60,000 nt of DNA from Mobula hypostoma (lineage: Eukaryota). Position numbers and translations under genes: made by a program. Below, in pieces: positions 36,841-50,400 of the stretch. Positions within the stretch are counted from its first letter, which is position 1; each line of letters starts with the position of its first letter. Location of the stretch: contig NC_086097.1 of NCBI RefSeq assembly GCF_963921235.1, positions 75,890,001 through 75,950,000 of the forward strand, read 5' to 3'. The notes beneath the pieces are model-generated. The model did not search any database. It saw nothing but the letters and a program-made list of their open reading frames with translations, and was not told the DNA's origin.

Positions 36841-39800
36841 TATTTGATAAGTTAATATTACAGACTGCTGATGCTATATTTGTGCACTACTTCCAATTTA
36901 ACTAGAGCATCTATAGAATACAGTACAATAATGCAAACTTATTGGCTATTCATCAAATGCTCCATTTCCCTACTACCACTGAATAAAATGTTGACAAATC
37001 ACCATAATTGATAGACTGAAGGTTTTGTTCATTCCAGCTACATCTTGTTTTGTTGATGGGGCTTGATTATTTCTTGTGAGCAATCTATTTGTCTTCCTGG
37101 CAAACTGCTCTTGTTCTGGTTGTCTTCTCCATAACACCCACAATTTTACTTAGTACCGATAAATCAATTTGCTTCAGGGGTTCTTCCACAAAAGGCTCTC
37201 AGCAAGTTATGGTCCTGGTAGTTTTGGTATTATTGAAACAGTAATGCAGCTCTAATATTCTCAACGCATGATGAAGTTGATTATATCTACATATACGAAA
37301 AGTTTTGTTACTATTTTGAGTACAGAGTATGATTTATTTCACACCCATTGTAAAAAAAATAGACAAACTGCGCACAAACAATTGGATCCGAATTGTACAT
37401 GGGGGGGGGGGAAGAGGAGGGGAATGCTGGTATTCTTAGGAAACAGGACATATCAGTATCTACCATAACTGAAGCCCCGTCATCTGCACATGCATCAAGA
37501 AACATGAGTTTTAAAAAATAGCATTGATTTACTTTCTTTCCATACAAATTCCACAAGAGTGAATTTTATTCTGCATCTCAATATTTTGGATAGAGATTTG
37601 CAAAGTCTGTAAGGGCAAGTTTTCACAACCTGAATAGCCATAATGATTGGGTATTAAATTGTAGTACTGGGGGCTTTCAGTTGTGCCACCAAATATGTAA
37701 TTAAGTGAAATAAAAATAAAAAATGCAAATCCCTCTACCAATACATATTAGTTTCTTGTGAACATCTATAAGGGAAGATAGATAGCTAACAAAACAAGCG
37801 GGCACACATAAAAGATGCTCATTATTAAATCTCTCTTTTACTCTTTCTCACTTTCTGAAAACCTTTGAGGAAAATATGTTCTTGAAGGTCGCTTTTTAAT
37901 TGGTTCCAACCAGGGGAACCAAAAAGAACTTTAATAATTTTCTAAAAAGTGGGTTGATGTTTTCTGCAGTCACCATGCATTTTTCCAAAACAAGAAGGGA
38001 TCTTCAGATGGCCCAAAGCAGAATCAGGGGAAAAGAACATTGGTGTGACACCTGTGGATTGGAGCAACAATACTTGGGGCACATTCTTGAAGTCTGTCAA
38101 CTCAAACTTCTCCAACTGGTCTCAACCAGCAATGCTTCAGTCTTAGGGTTGCTGAAGACATCGTGCAGCTTGGCATGTTATAACATTTATCAGGAGTCTA
38201 CAGTTTGCTGGATAGTCCAAAGATGAAAGGTTAGCTTTATTTGTTGCATGTGCATCAAAACATACAGTGATGTGCAATGATGACAGTGAATCAGGTGCCC
38301 ACATGTGGTAGGATGAACACAGCAGGAAATTCTGAAAGATGGTTATCCGTTCTTTCCCCAGAGAGGAAGCATACACACTGATGGACTACAGAGCTGCATT
38401 TTCATATGTTATAACTGCATTGAAGATGCAGTCACCAACTATATACAACTATTACGCATATCCTGACCATTCATGGACAATAGCTTCAAATGCGTTATTA
38501 ATGTAGCTGGATGATCCAACAGTGTACACAGTAACCTGGACAACTGCCCCAGACTACTGACTGAAATAGGTAAGAAGTGCCCAGTTGTACAGTGTCTTCA
38601 GCAATCTGATGCAAGGAGCACTGCTGCAAAACACCTGGTCAGTGATGGAGAAGTTCTCCTTACGACAAAATATCCAGGTCCAGGAATTGTTGATTCCTGA
38701 CCACATTGCTTACCAGCTAAAAGGTGTAGTAAGCCACAATACAGCATAAATGCAGGTCACCCTGGGCCTTGGTGAGGTATCTTAAACAATATAATTTTTA
38801 TTTTTAACTGTATATTTGACCTGAAGACAAATACTTTCTGTTGTGCAGAATGGCTTTTACTTCACAGTTCTGGTTTGAAAGTAATATCCCTTTACTGCAT
38901 CATAAATGGGTGCAGTTATCTGCAGCTGAAACAAAAAATGTTATCATGTTTTGCAATCTGACCTGATAAATGCACCAGAACAAATCAGGCTGAACAAATA
39001 ATTTACAAGTAACAAAGTCAGCCTAAGTAAACTTGATTAATTTAAATTACTCCATAAACATTCAAAAATTTGAAGTATGCAGTGAATAGAACATTAATAG
39101 ACATGCTTTCAATATCAAGAAACATGAAAAAATAAACTGTGATCACATTCGCTAGTCGGTCAGCAATGAAATGTATTCAACCGCTGTTTTTTCTGAAATG
39201 TGCATAACCATTTTAGAAAAACAACTCAAGCAGAACACGCCATTGACTGAGTGTTCAAAATAGACATCCCAGTATGGTAGCAAACCATGCTACTAAATGT
39301 GTGGCATAGTTAATTCAACAATCAGCGATGAGCTTTTGATTAACATTGAGAGTTTGGTTTAAACTTGTGGAGTTTAAAAAAAAGTTAAGAATCTGGTGAA
39401 TGATAGATAAGTATCACATTCTGAGATTTTGAAATGATTTCCTGTACCATGTTGGACCGGTGTGTAGAATTGTAATTTTTTTTTTGCAGATCAACTTTCC
39501 TATGCATGCTTTTAATTTTATATACACATAATTATTCAGTGAATTTCCCAGTAGTTATGGTACATTTGCTTCTGTATTTTTCTAGAAACTTCTTGGTTTT
39601 CAGTAGCAGGTGACTTGAATCTGGCTATGTTATAGGTTAATTGTTATCACTGGAAATTTTGGTTATCTGTAGTCTAAGTATGAGACAACCACAATTACTT
39701 TTTCCTTTGCCTTTCTTTATTCATTGCTTGTACATGTGACAATCAGATCACAAAAGCATCATGATCCAACAACATTGCTGCTCTTTTTGTCGGTATAAGT

Positions 39801-40789
39801 TTACAAATATTATTTAATAAAGTTAGTGCATGTTAAGCAAAATATTTTTGAATGCAGAAGTACATTTTATGAAGCAAGATGTAAAAATTCAACTTGTGTG
39901 TTCTGGAATTCAAGAAACACAATTTTGCTCAAGAGTTCAGAGAAATTATCAAATCTGCTAATAGTTTCATGATCCATTCGGTTACTTTGAAAATAAAATA
40001 ACTAGAAATGTATTAGAGAGGATGTGACAAAATGTTAACCACATTAGAAGCTGTAAAGTATTTTGCAGACATCAGGATTTCTGCTACATTCTATATAAAG
40101 CGATGAATAATACTTTTTGTTTTGTCAAGTTTTTGCTTGATGAGAATCCAGAATATTCCAGTCGGTCCTTGGTATTTCATGGCTTAATGGAGAGTGAGAT
40201 TCAGCAGAAGGCTAAGTATCATAGAGTGGGAGTGAAGTGATTGTCACTGTTGCATAAGTGATGTCACGTGACTCATGCTAGGGCATGGCATTTCTATTTT
40301 AGCAGTGAGACTGATGAGTGCAGTACTTTGGATTTCATTAATATTAACAGGCCTTGTTTTTGTTTTTGCACATCTGCTGTAGCAAAGGAATAAAGCAGCA
40401 AACATTTTTGCAAATATCTTGTTCAATATGCTGGCCATTCTACAACCCAGTGTTAAAGAACAGCTAATACTAAAAGATAGACAGGTTTCTTTAAAAGACA
40501 GATCCAAGTGCTGTGTAACAAAAAGACTTCTATTGGTAAAACTGTTTGATTATGACAGCCTTACTTCTGCTTTTCCTTTTAAGATACTCAGTTTTTTTTT
40601 AACGCAAACTGCTTTTTTTCATTGTACTTGTTTGGTCTCACATTAAACATTGTTATAGAATCACAGAGTACTGCGGCACAGAAATGGGCCCTTCAGCCGA
40701 CGTGGTCCCTGCCAACTGCTGTTCTTTGTGTTTGTTTATTGAGATACGGCACGGAATAGGCCCTTCGAGCCACACTGCCCAGCAAAACC

Positions 40790-40910
40790 ACAGTACCTGG
40801 AGGAAATCCATGTGGTCACAGGGAGAACACACAGGGAGACTACACAAAACAGCACCAGAGATTAGAAACAAACCCACATTGCTGGAGCTCTAAAGTGACT
40901 GCTCTACCAT
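40790..40910 (-). mobile_element. Decayed tRNA-derived SINE (HE1/V-SINE-like) fragment
   Basis: cctggaggaaatccatgtggtcacagggagaac...cagcaccagag...ctggagct. Confidence 0.45.
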
Positions 40911-42425
40911 ATCTGCTCCATATCTTTATATATTTTGCAAGAAACACGTATTCTATAGGTTTCAACACTAATCAGCTCCAACACGAAGAAACCACACCAA
41001 AGCAAGTCATATTAACAAAAACGTGCTGAATAATATACTCCACACCTCCTTTCCCACTTTATTACCTCGTCCTATCCTGCCCCCATTTTCTCTCTGGACC
41101 CTCTTCCCTCATCTGTCCATCATGTTTGGTCTCAAGAGCATTAATGCTATGTGCTTTGATCATTCAATTTGCCTAGTACATTCCTTATTCTGACAGCAGC
41201 TTTCTTTAATATGGGAATTATTTTGATTCATTAACTACATTAGGATGCATTAAACATTATTCATGGCTAATCTTTTAAATGCCTTTACAATTTAAAATAT
41301 TCTAAAAATATTTTCTGGAACTTTCCTTTACAAAGAGCCTTATCAAGAATGCATTCTTCTTGTAGGTTTAAATGTTGGTTTATGCTGTCTTGAGATAAAG
41401 CAGCATGAGCTTGACTTGTAATTTAGTCACTATCTAGGCTATTTATTGAAGCCATTGATGTTGATGTTTAAAGGCAATATAGAAGGTTATTAGAATTATT
41501 GCACACAAAGCTTTTCTCTAATTCCAAAAGTATAATCAGGCAGTTTCCATTTGACATTCTGCTCCTAACAGCTCAGGATCCCTGGACTGTTTTGGCAGAA
41601 GAGCATTCAATCTTCATGTGATTCACACAATCCAAAGATAATGAGGCTTTAATAAAAGTCATCAGGAAGTAACGAAGTATTGCAATGACCAAATTATATT
41701 TAAAGGTAAAAAATAGTATTTCCTAAAATAATGATGTCTAAAATAATGCATATGATGGAGACGCTCAGCAATCCAGGCAACACCACTGGAGGAAGAAATA
41801 GTGCGGAGAACTGAAAGGAATATTAGAACTCCTTTCAATAATATCTTCAAGAAATACCTAAAACGTCATCTTCAGTGACTGTTTAGTTTGTACCATACAA
41901 TGTATTTCTGAGAGCTTATTGTGGTTATACTTTGAATGTGTATATAATTGAAATCTGTGTTGTGTGCAAATGTTTCCCCAGGGACAAAATCCCAAATGTC
42001 TTCTGTACTTGAACATTGGACTATACTTTAGACAGTGCATCTTTTCAGCCTGTATATAACGCTGGACAATCATGTTTAAATTTTAGTAAACATTCTGCAA
42101 TCATGCAAAAACAAAGTCTTCTACAATTAACACTGAACTCAGCAATTTCAGGTAATCAGTTATCTAGTCCAGTATCACATGTTCCAGCAATCAATTTTTT
42201 TTTTGTCCTCTTCTGGTAATTACAGATTTCACTCATGCTCTCCTATTTATACCATTCACAAACATGCCTTTTATATTATTCACCAACCTTCCTACATCCC
42301 CCTTCAGCTGGCTTCACCATCACTCTTTTTATCCAATCTATGCCTGGAGAGTGAAGACTTTCCAGGCGCAGATCCATGGTCTCGCAAGACTAACGGATGC
42401 CTTTACTTTATGCCTGTACCCAATC

Positions 42426-42798
42426 TCTCTCCTTTTTCTCCCTCTGTCCCTCTCACTATACCCCTTGCCCATCCTCTGGGTTTTCCCCCACTTCCCCTTG
42501 TCTTTCTAACTGGGCCTCCTGTCCCATGATCCTCTCATATCCCCTTTGCCAATCACCTGTCCAGCTCTTGGCTCCATCCCTCCCCCTCCTGTCTTCTCCT
42601 ATCATTTTGGATCTCCCCCTCCCCCTCCCACTTTCAAATCTCTTACTAACTCTTCCTTCAGTTGGTCCTGACGAAGGGTCTCGGCCTGAAACATCGACTG
42701 TACCTCTTCCTAGAGATGCTGCCTGGCCTGCTGCATTCACCAACAACTTTGATGTGTGTTGCTTGAATTTCCAGCATCTGCAGAATTCCTCATGTTTG
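42426..42798 (+). mobile_element. Penelope-like element terminal repeat with hammerhead motif (42663-42700)
   Basis: ggtc-CTGACGA-agggtctcggcct-GAAA-CA-TC-gact; flanked by cccaatc (42419-25 / 42799-805). Confidence 0.85.
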
Positions 42799-43307
42799 CC
42801 CAATCACACGCTTTTTGTTTTCTATAGCCATCCCCACTTTCTCAATAAATTACAACAAATTTTATATATTTTTCCCACTTCTGATAAAATTAAACTAAAG
42901 AATTAAACCTACTTCACTCCGTCGATACTGCCTGGCTGTTGAGTTTATTTTATATAGCTTTATTTTATTTCGGATTTCCAATAGGTGCAGTATTTTGCTG
43001 TTAGGTATTAGCTTAGCTAAGATCAAATGTTTCATTCAATTGATTGTTCAGCTGAGTTACAAGGTACTACTCCTGAGATTTCTCTGCCAGAGTCCTTCGT
43101 CTTAGGTTGCTGAAAGGGTGAAAGGATGAAAGTCAGAACAGGGTTAGATTTTTACCATAAAGAGGGATAATTAGCAAGTAGATCATTATGGACCCTCCAA
43201 ACATTTTCCATCAAATACAACATTCATGGTAGCTTTGAAAAGTCTGGTATATTTACCCTTAAGGAGTGAAATCCAAAGTGGTGTGGAGAATAATTCTCCA
43301 TATTGAA

Positions 43308-43885
43308 CAATACACACAAAATGCTGGAAGAACTTAGCAGGTCAGGCAGCATTTATGGACGGGAATAAACAGTTGACATTTCAGACTGAGACTCTCCATC
43401 AGGACTGGAAAGGAAGAGAATAGAGGTCAGAATAGGAACGTTTGGGGTGGGGGGGGGAGGAGGAGTGTAAGCTGGCAAATGATAGGTGCAGCCAGGCGAG
43501 AGGAAAGATGGATGGGTGGAGGAGGGAAGTTGAAATAAGAAGCTAGGAGGTGTTAGGTAGAAAAAGTTAGGCTGAAGAAGGAAGGTCTCATAGATGATAG
43601 TGGAAGAAAAGGAAAAAAGAGGAGAACTAGGGGGAGGTGATGGACAGGTGAGAAGAGAAGGGGGAGAGAGAGAATAAACAGAATGTGGAAGGGAAAAAGA
43701 GAGGAGGGACGGGGAGCGATTACCAGAAGTTAGAGAAATATATGTTCATGGCATCAGGTTGGAGGCTACCCAGACGCAATACCAGCTATTGTTTCTCCAA
43801 CCTAAGTTTGGCCTCATCATGGCAGTAGAGGAGGCCATGAAGAGACAGGTCAAAAAGGGAATGGAAATTAAAATGAGTAGCCACT
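43308..43885 (-). mobile_element. Older Penelope-like element 3' part (GIY-YIG C-terminus and terminal repeat)
   Basis: Same layout as 29276-29890; decayed hammerhead agtc-CTGATGG-...-GAAA-TG-TC. Confidence 0.8.
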
Positions 43886-45555
43886 TTTTTTTTTAAAAAT
43901 AGCACAATTAGAAAATGAATGTGAGTAACATTTTTAAATTCAATGTACATCATGCATACATGAAACCATACGGCCCACTGGGCCCACCTTTCATCTGATT
44001 GAGATCAGTTAATTCCACGTAAGTAAGTGAATCTATCCTTGAACTTTCCAGTTAACATGAAATATATACTTGTAGAGCCTTTCCAGAAGTTGATAATGTT
44101 GAATGCAATATTTGAATGTTCATTTTATTTTTGGAGAGAAGTGCATTTTCCATGAAGTAAGGGTTTTACGTAAGCACAACAGTGTGCTTTTCAATGCCAA
44201 GGAAAAGCTGAAAAGTAAAAGATCTAAAATTTTATTCCATTTTTTTCCTGGGAATAAAAACAAGATGACCTAAAATGTTGTTTATTGTCTTATACCGTGA
44301 TGAGCAATATATCAAACAGTTGATTTTCAGAAAAGACTGAAATGTTCTATTTGTGGAAAAGCTATGCAAACGCCTTCAATAAAAAACTGTATTAATTCAC
44401 TTGTAGAATTTCATTGATTAGCAAAGCGCAGAGTTTGCTGCAATGAACAACAATGCAAATTTAGCTTTTATCCTTAATTTTACTTTTGCATCTTTCAAAA
44501 CCATTCTCTGTAGAAGTGTAGGCCACAGCATGTTGCTTGAAGAGTTGCTTTTTGTCACCATAGTAACCTTTATCAATTGCCATTTCTTCCTTCCCTTTCA
44601 TCACTTGGATTAAACTTCCATCTACCCCATGAAGTAAATAATGGTATGGGACATTCAGTCCAGTAATAGCCCTACGTCTCCCAGATATTTCCAAGTTTAA
44701 GAAATTTGAGCCTTGGTGTTATGCAGCTGAGGATTATACTGAAACAATTGTGTACAGCATTTTATATCCAAGAGTATTGTAATCACACATAAAACAAGTT
44801 GCCATGACAACCTGAACTATTGTCAATGTGGCACTTAGGATGCATTTTGTTCAGGAATTAATCTAAAAGAGTATGGTACTTTACATTTATAGATCAGAGA
44901 ATATGTAGGTAGTTATCTCTTCAATGGTACTGACAAATGATGCTCAGATAAAATTGTTTTTGAACAGCATTTAGGAACACATCAGGACCATCAATATAAT
45001 GACTGGACAGAGAATATTTTACAGATACAGTACTAAGGCATAAATCACACATTTTGTAATAGGAATCCCCATGTGACTCTAAGATAATATGCAAACATAC
45101 AAGCACATTGCAAATAATTTGTATCCCAGTAATAAAGCATAATTGCCACCATTTTTCCATATCAATTTCAAAAGAAATCCAAATGAACCCCAAGCTTAAT
45201 TTAGTCCTCCAGTGGATCTATCACAATCCACAGGTTTACATATGTAGCCTCCCCTGCCCTCTCCCCTTACCTATTTCTATTTTCTTCCCTAACCTGGTCC
45301 TCTCCTGAAGAAGCTAATATTATGGATGCCATGGCTGGTAAACTTGGACAGAGCATTGCCTCAAGAGACGGGATTTTACTTAACCACAATCCATTTTACA
45401 AGTATTCTTTCTATAATTGTGCCATGATTTTTGCGCAATCCCAAGATAAATTTTATACCAAATACTATATGACCGTACGGAACAAATCATTTGAACAAAT
45501 CTCTTGTTCATTAATTTTAATTAAGACAGCCCTATTATAATAAACAATATTATTA

Positions 45556-45862
45556 TAAAGGCATCCATTAGTCTTGCGAGACCATGAATCTGCACCTGGA
45601 AAGTCACTCTCCAGGGCGCAGGCCTGGGCAAGGTTATGGAAGACCAGCAGTTGCCCATGCTGCAAGTCTCCCCTCTCCACGCCACCAATGTTGTCCAAGG
45701 GAAGGGCATTAGGACCCATACAGCTTGGCACCAGTGTCATCAAAGAGCAATGTGTGATTAAGTGCCTTGCTCAAGGATACAACACGTTCCCTTGGCTGGG
45801 GCTCGAACTCACGACCTTCAGGTCGCTAGTCCAATGCCTTAACCACTTGGCCACGTGCCCAC
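45556..45862 (-). mobile_element. Full-length tRNA-derived SINE with RTE-related body and tail
   Basis: Head GGGCACGTGGCCAAGTGGTTAAGGC...GAGTTCGAGCCCC with Pol III A and B boxes; TSD aaacaatattatta / aaacaatgttatta (45542-55 / 45863-76); tail also present at 42347-42408. Confidence 0.88.
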
Positions 45863-45996
45863 AAACAATGTTATTAAACTAGTACATATAGGAATGACTT
45901 ACCCATGAATTAAAAACACCAAAATTTAAACCCCCTCTAGGTTTGATTCTGATTCATCTTATCACATGTACATCAAAACATACTGTACATATGTCA

Positions 45997-46902
45997 ACAA
46001 CAGGAATTCTGCAGATGCTGGAAATTCAAGCAACATACATCAAAGTTGCTGGTAAACGCAGCAGGCCAAGCAGCATCTATAGGAAGAGGTGCAGTCGGCG
46101 TTTCAGGCCGAGACCCTTCGTCAGGACTAACTGAAGGAAGAGTGAGTAAGGGATTTGAAAGCTGGAGGGGGAGGGGGAGATGCAAAATGATAGGAGAAGA
46201 CAGGAGGGGGAGGGATAGAGCCGAGAGCTGGACAGGTGATAGGCAAAAGGGGATACGAGAGGATCATGGGACAGGAAGTCCGGGAAGAAAGACAAGGGGG
46301 GGGTGACCCAGAGGATGGGCAAGAGGTATATTCAGAGGGACAGAGGGAGAAAAAGGAGAGTGAGAGAAAGAATGTGTGCATAAAAATGAGTAACAGATGG
46401 GGTATGAGGGGGAGGTGGGGCCTTAGCGGAAGTTAGAGAAGTCGATGTTCATGCCATCAGGTTGGAGGCTACCCAGACGGAATATAAGGTGTTGTTCCTC
46501 CAACCTGAGTGTGGCTTCATCTTTACAGTAGAGGAGGCCTCGTACCCCATCTGTTACTCATTTTTATGCACACATTCTTTCTCTCACTCTGTCCCTCTGA
46601 ATATACCTCTTGCCCATCCTCTGGGTCACCCCCCCCCCGTCTTTCTTCCCGGACCTCCTGTCCCATGATACTCTCGTATCCCCTTTTGCCTATCACCTGT
46701 CCAGCTCTCAGCTCTATCCCTCCCCCTCCTGTCTTCTCCTATCATTTTGCATCTCCCCCTCCCCCTCCAGCTTTCAAATCCCTTACTCACTCTTCCTTCA
46801 GTTAGTCCTGACGAAGGGTCTCGGCCTGAAACGTCGACTGCACCTCTTCCTATAGATGCTGCTTGGCCTGCTGCGTTCACCAGCAACTTTGATGTATGTT
46901 GC
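45997..46902. mobile_element. Large fold-back Penelope-like insertion with 14-bp TSD
   Basis: Arms about 46030-46409 and 46538-46902 are near-perfect inverted repeats; spacer encodes the GIY-YIG end; ctgtacatatgtca at 45983-96 and 46903-16. Confidence 0.92.
46803..46840 (+). ncRNA. Minimal type-I hammerhead ribozyme motif, intact core
   Basis: tAGTC-CTGACGA-AGGgtctcggCCT-GAAA-CG-TC-GACTg. Confidence 0.75.
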
Positions 46903-47499
46903 CTGTACATATGTCATTTGCATTAATCAACACAATCTTGCAATTCTTGTAGTTTGTTTAGCCTTTATCAGATAATAAGTAGTTTCTACTCACTATACAG
47001 TAATTGCTTCCAAGCCCTTCTTGCATTTGCCAAGTAAAATCAATCTTAAATTATTGTTAACCATTGTAAGCACTGGGAAACATTCACGCAGAATGGCTGG
47101 ACTTGTCTGCAACATTTCATTATTCTGTAATGTGAGCACAAAATAATTAATTCTACACTGCAAATTAAATGCAGTTTGCCGATTGAACAGATTGTACAAA
47201 GATTTAGAACACAGTTGACATAGGAGTTCAGATGATAGATTGACTGGTGGGGCAAATAGTATTACCCTGTGCTTTCAGTTTGTGTCAGATTCAAGCTGGA
47301 AATTTAAATTTTGACTCGATCAACAGCACAGTTGAGGGGGCAAAATAAGCGTTCATTGAAATTAACAAAATCACCATAAAGGTAATATACTCTGTATTTC
47401 AAACTAGGTTACATACAAAGTGGCATGGGATCTAACATAGTGGAGAGTTGCATGCATAGCCTAAAAGGAATTGTGGAGAAAGGGGGTTCAATTCTGATC

Positions 47500-50400
47500 G
47501 ATTGCATGACATTCTGAAGTGGGAGGGTGATCAGCCAGATGTCGTGGTGCACATCGGCACCAATGACATAGCAAGGAAGAGTGAAGAGGTCCTGGACAGT
47601 GAGTATAGAGAGCTTGGTAGGAAGTTGAAAAGCAGGACCTCAAGGGTGGTAATCTCAGGATTGCTACCTGTGCTAGGTGCCAGTAAGGGTAGGAATAGGA
47701 TGCCCTGGAGGAGGAACAAGTGGCTGAGGAACTGGTGTAGGGGGCAGGGTTTCAGATTTCTGGATCATTGGGACCTCTTCTGGGGCAGGTGGGACCTGTA
47801 CAAGAGAGACGGGTTACACTTGAACCACAGGGGGACCAATATCCTTTCAGGGAGGTTTGTTAGTGCTATTGGGGAGGCTTTAAACTAGATTTGCAGGGGG
47901 GTGGGAACCAGAGTGCCAGAGCTGACAGTGTGGCTGGGGTGAAAATAAATGATATTGAAAATTTAAGCAAATCCACTGATAGAAAGGTTGTGAGTGGTGG
48001 TAAAAATCTTCTGAGGTGTATATATTTCAATGCTAGGAGTACTGCGGGGAAGGCGGATGAGTTGACACGTGGAATTATGATGTTGTAGCAATTAGTGAAA
48101 CTTGGCTACAGGAGGGGCAGGACTGGCAGCTTAATATTCCAGGGTTCCGATGTTTCAGATGTGATCGAGGCAGAGGAATGAAAGGTGGTGGAGTAGCATT
48201 GCTTGTTAGGGAAAATATTACAGCAGTGCTCAGGCAGGACAGATTAGAGGGCTTGTCTACTGAGTCCTTATGGGTGGAGCTGAGAAACAGGAAAGGTATG
48301 GCCACATTAGTGGGATTGTATTACAGACCACCCAATAGTCAACGAGACTTGAAAGAGCAAATCTGCAGAGAGATAGCAGGCAACTGCAGGAAACATAAAG
48401 TTGTGGTGGTAGGGGATTTTAATTTTCCATACATTGATTGGGACTCCCATACTGTTAGGGGTCTAAATGGTTTAGAATTTGTAAAATGTGTTCAGGAAAG
48501 TTTTCTAAATCAGTATATAGAGGGACCAACTAGAGGGGATGCAATATTGGATCTCCTGTTAGGTAACGAATTAGGGCAAGTGACAGAAGTCTGTGTAGGG
48601 GTGCACTTTGGTTCCAGTGATCATAACACCATTAGTTTCAATTTGATCATGGACAAGGATAGATCTGGTCCTGGGGTTGAGGTTCTGAACTGGAAGAAGG
48701 CCAAATTTGAAGAAATGAGAAAGGATCTAAAAAGCGTGGATTGGGACAGGTTGTTCTCTGGCAAAGATGTGATTGGTAGGTGGGAAGCCTTCAAAGGGGA
48801 AATTTTGAGAGTGCAGAGTTTGTATGTTCCTGTCAGGATTAAAGGCAAATTGAATAGGAATAAGGAACCTTGGTTGTCAAGGGATATTGCAACTCTGATA
48901 AAGAAGAAGAGGGAGTTGTATGAAATGTATAGGAAACAGGGGGTAAATCAGGTGCTTGAGGAGTATAAGAAGTGCAAGAAAATACTTAAGAAAGAAATCA
49001 GGAGGGCTAAAAGAAGACATGAGGTTGCCTTGGCAGTCAAAGTGAAGGATAATCCAAAGAGCTTTTACAAGTATATTAAGAGTAAAAGGATTGTAAGGGA
49101 TAAAATTGGTCCTCTTGAAGATCAGAGTGGTCGGCTTTGTGCGGAACCAAAGGAAATGGGGGAGATCTTAAATAGGTTTTTTGCGTCTATATTTACTAAG
49201 GAAGCTGGCATGAAATCTATGAAATTGAGGGAAACAAGTAGTGAGATCATGGAAACTGTACAGATTGAAAAGGAGGAGGTGCTTGCTGTCTTGAGGAAAA
49301 TTAAAGTGGATATTCCCCGGGACCTGACAGAGTGTTCCCTCGGACCTTGAAGGAGACTAGTGTTGAAATTGCGGGGGCCCTAGCAGAAATATTTAAAATG
49401 TTGCTATCTACGGGTGAAGTGCCGGAGGATTGGAGAGTGGCTCATGTTGTTCCGTTGTTTAAAAAAGGATCGAAAAGTAATCCGGGAAATTATAGGCCGA
49501 TGAGTTTAACGTCAGTAGTAGGTAAGTTATTGGAGGGAGTACTAAGAGACAGAATCTACAAGCATTTGGATAGACAGGGGCTTATTGGGGAGAGTCAACA
49601 TGGCTTTGTGCGTGGTAGGTCATGTTTGACCAATCTGTTGGAGTTTTTCGAGGAGGTTACCAGGAAAGTGGATGAAGGGAAGGCAGTGGATATTGTCTAC
49701 ATGGACTTCAGTAAGGCCTTTGACAAGGTCCCGCATGGGAGGTTAGTTAGGAAAATTCAGTCGCTAGGTATACATGGAGAGGTGGTAAATTGGATTAGAC
49801 ATTGGCTCGATGGAAGAAGCCAGAGAGTGGTGGTAGAGAATTGCTTCTCTGAGTGGAGGCCTGTGACTAGTGGTGTGCCACAGGGATCAGTGCTGGGTCC
49901 ATTGTTATTTGTCATCTATATCAATGATCTGGATGATAATGTGGTAAATTGGATCAGCAAGTTTGCTGATGATACAAAGATTGGAGGTGTAGTAGACAGT
50001 GAGGAAGGTTTTCAGAGCCTGCAGAGGGACTTGGACCAGCTGGAAAAATGGGCTGAAAAATGGCAGATGGAGTTTAATACTGACAAGTGTGAGGTATTGC
50101 ACGTTGGAAGGACAAACCAACGTAGAACATACAGGGTTAATGGTAAGGCACTGAGGAGTGCAGTGGAACAGAGGGATCTGGGAATACAGATACAAAATTC
50201 CCTAAAAGTGTCGTCACAGGTAGATAGGGTCATAAAGAGAGCTTTTGGTACATTGGCCTTTATTAATCAAAGTATTGAGTATAAGAGCTGGAATGTTATG
50301 ATGAGATTGTATAAGGCATTGGTGAGGCCGAATCTGGAGTATTGTGTTCAGTTTTGGTCACCAAATTACAGGAAGGATATAAATAAGGTTGAAAGAGTGC

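Noticed and set aside
37900..38770. Moderately GC-rich stretch with a 108-aa ORF
   Set aside because: No recognisable domain or splice structure; possibly an ancient repeat, left unresolved.
40244..40376. Possible RASGRP1 exon 2 (acceptor-like ttcctttgctacag, then ...MPCPSMSHVTSLMQQ, faintly like human PSLAHITQF)
   Set aside because: Hits a stop codon, lacks the conserved LAKGASLDDLIDSCIQSF segment, and has no phase-1 donor.
45790..45862. tRNA gene
   Set aside because: A and B boxes are present, but there is no proper cloverleaf and it is the head of a TSD-flanked SINE.
42397..46910. Repeated ORFs such as PDEGSRPETSTAPLPIDAAWPAAFTSNFDVCC as a protein family
   Set aside because: They are incidental translations of the non-coding PLE terminal repeat in several frames.
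46988..47130. Possible alternative first exon ending at a GTGAGT donor
   Set aside because: The frame compatible with exon 3 has an upstream stop and no ATG; no homology or promoter evidence.
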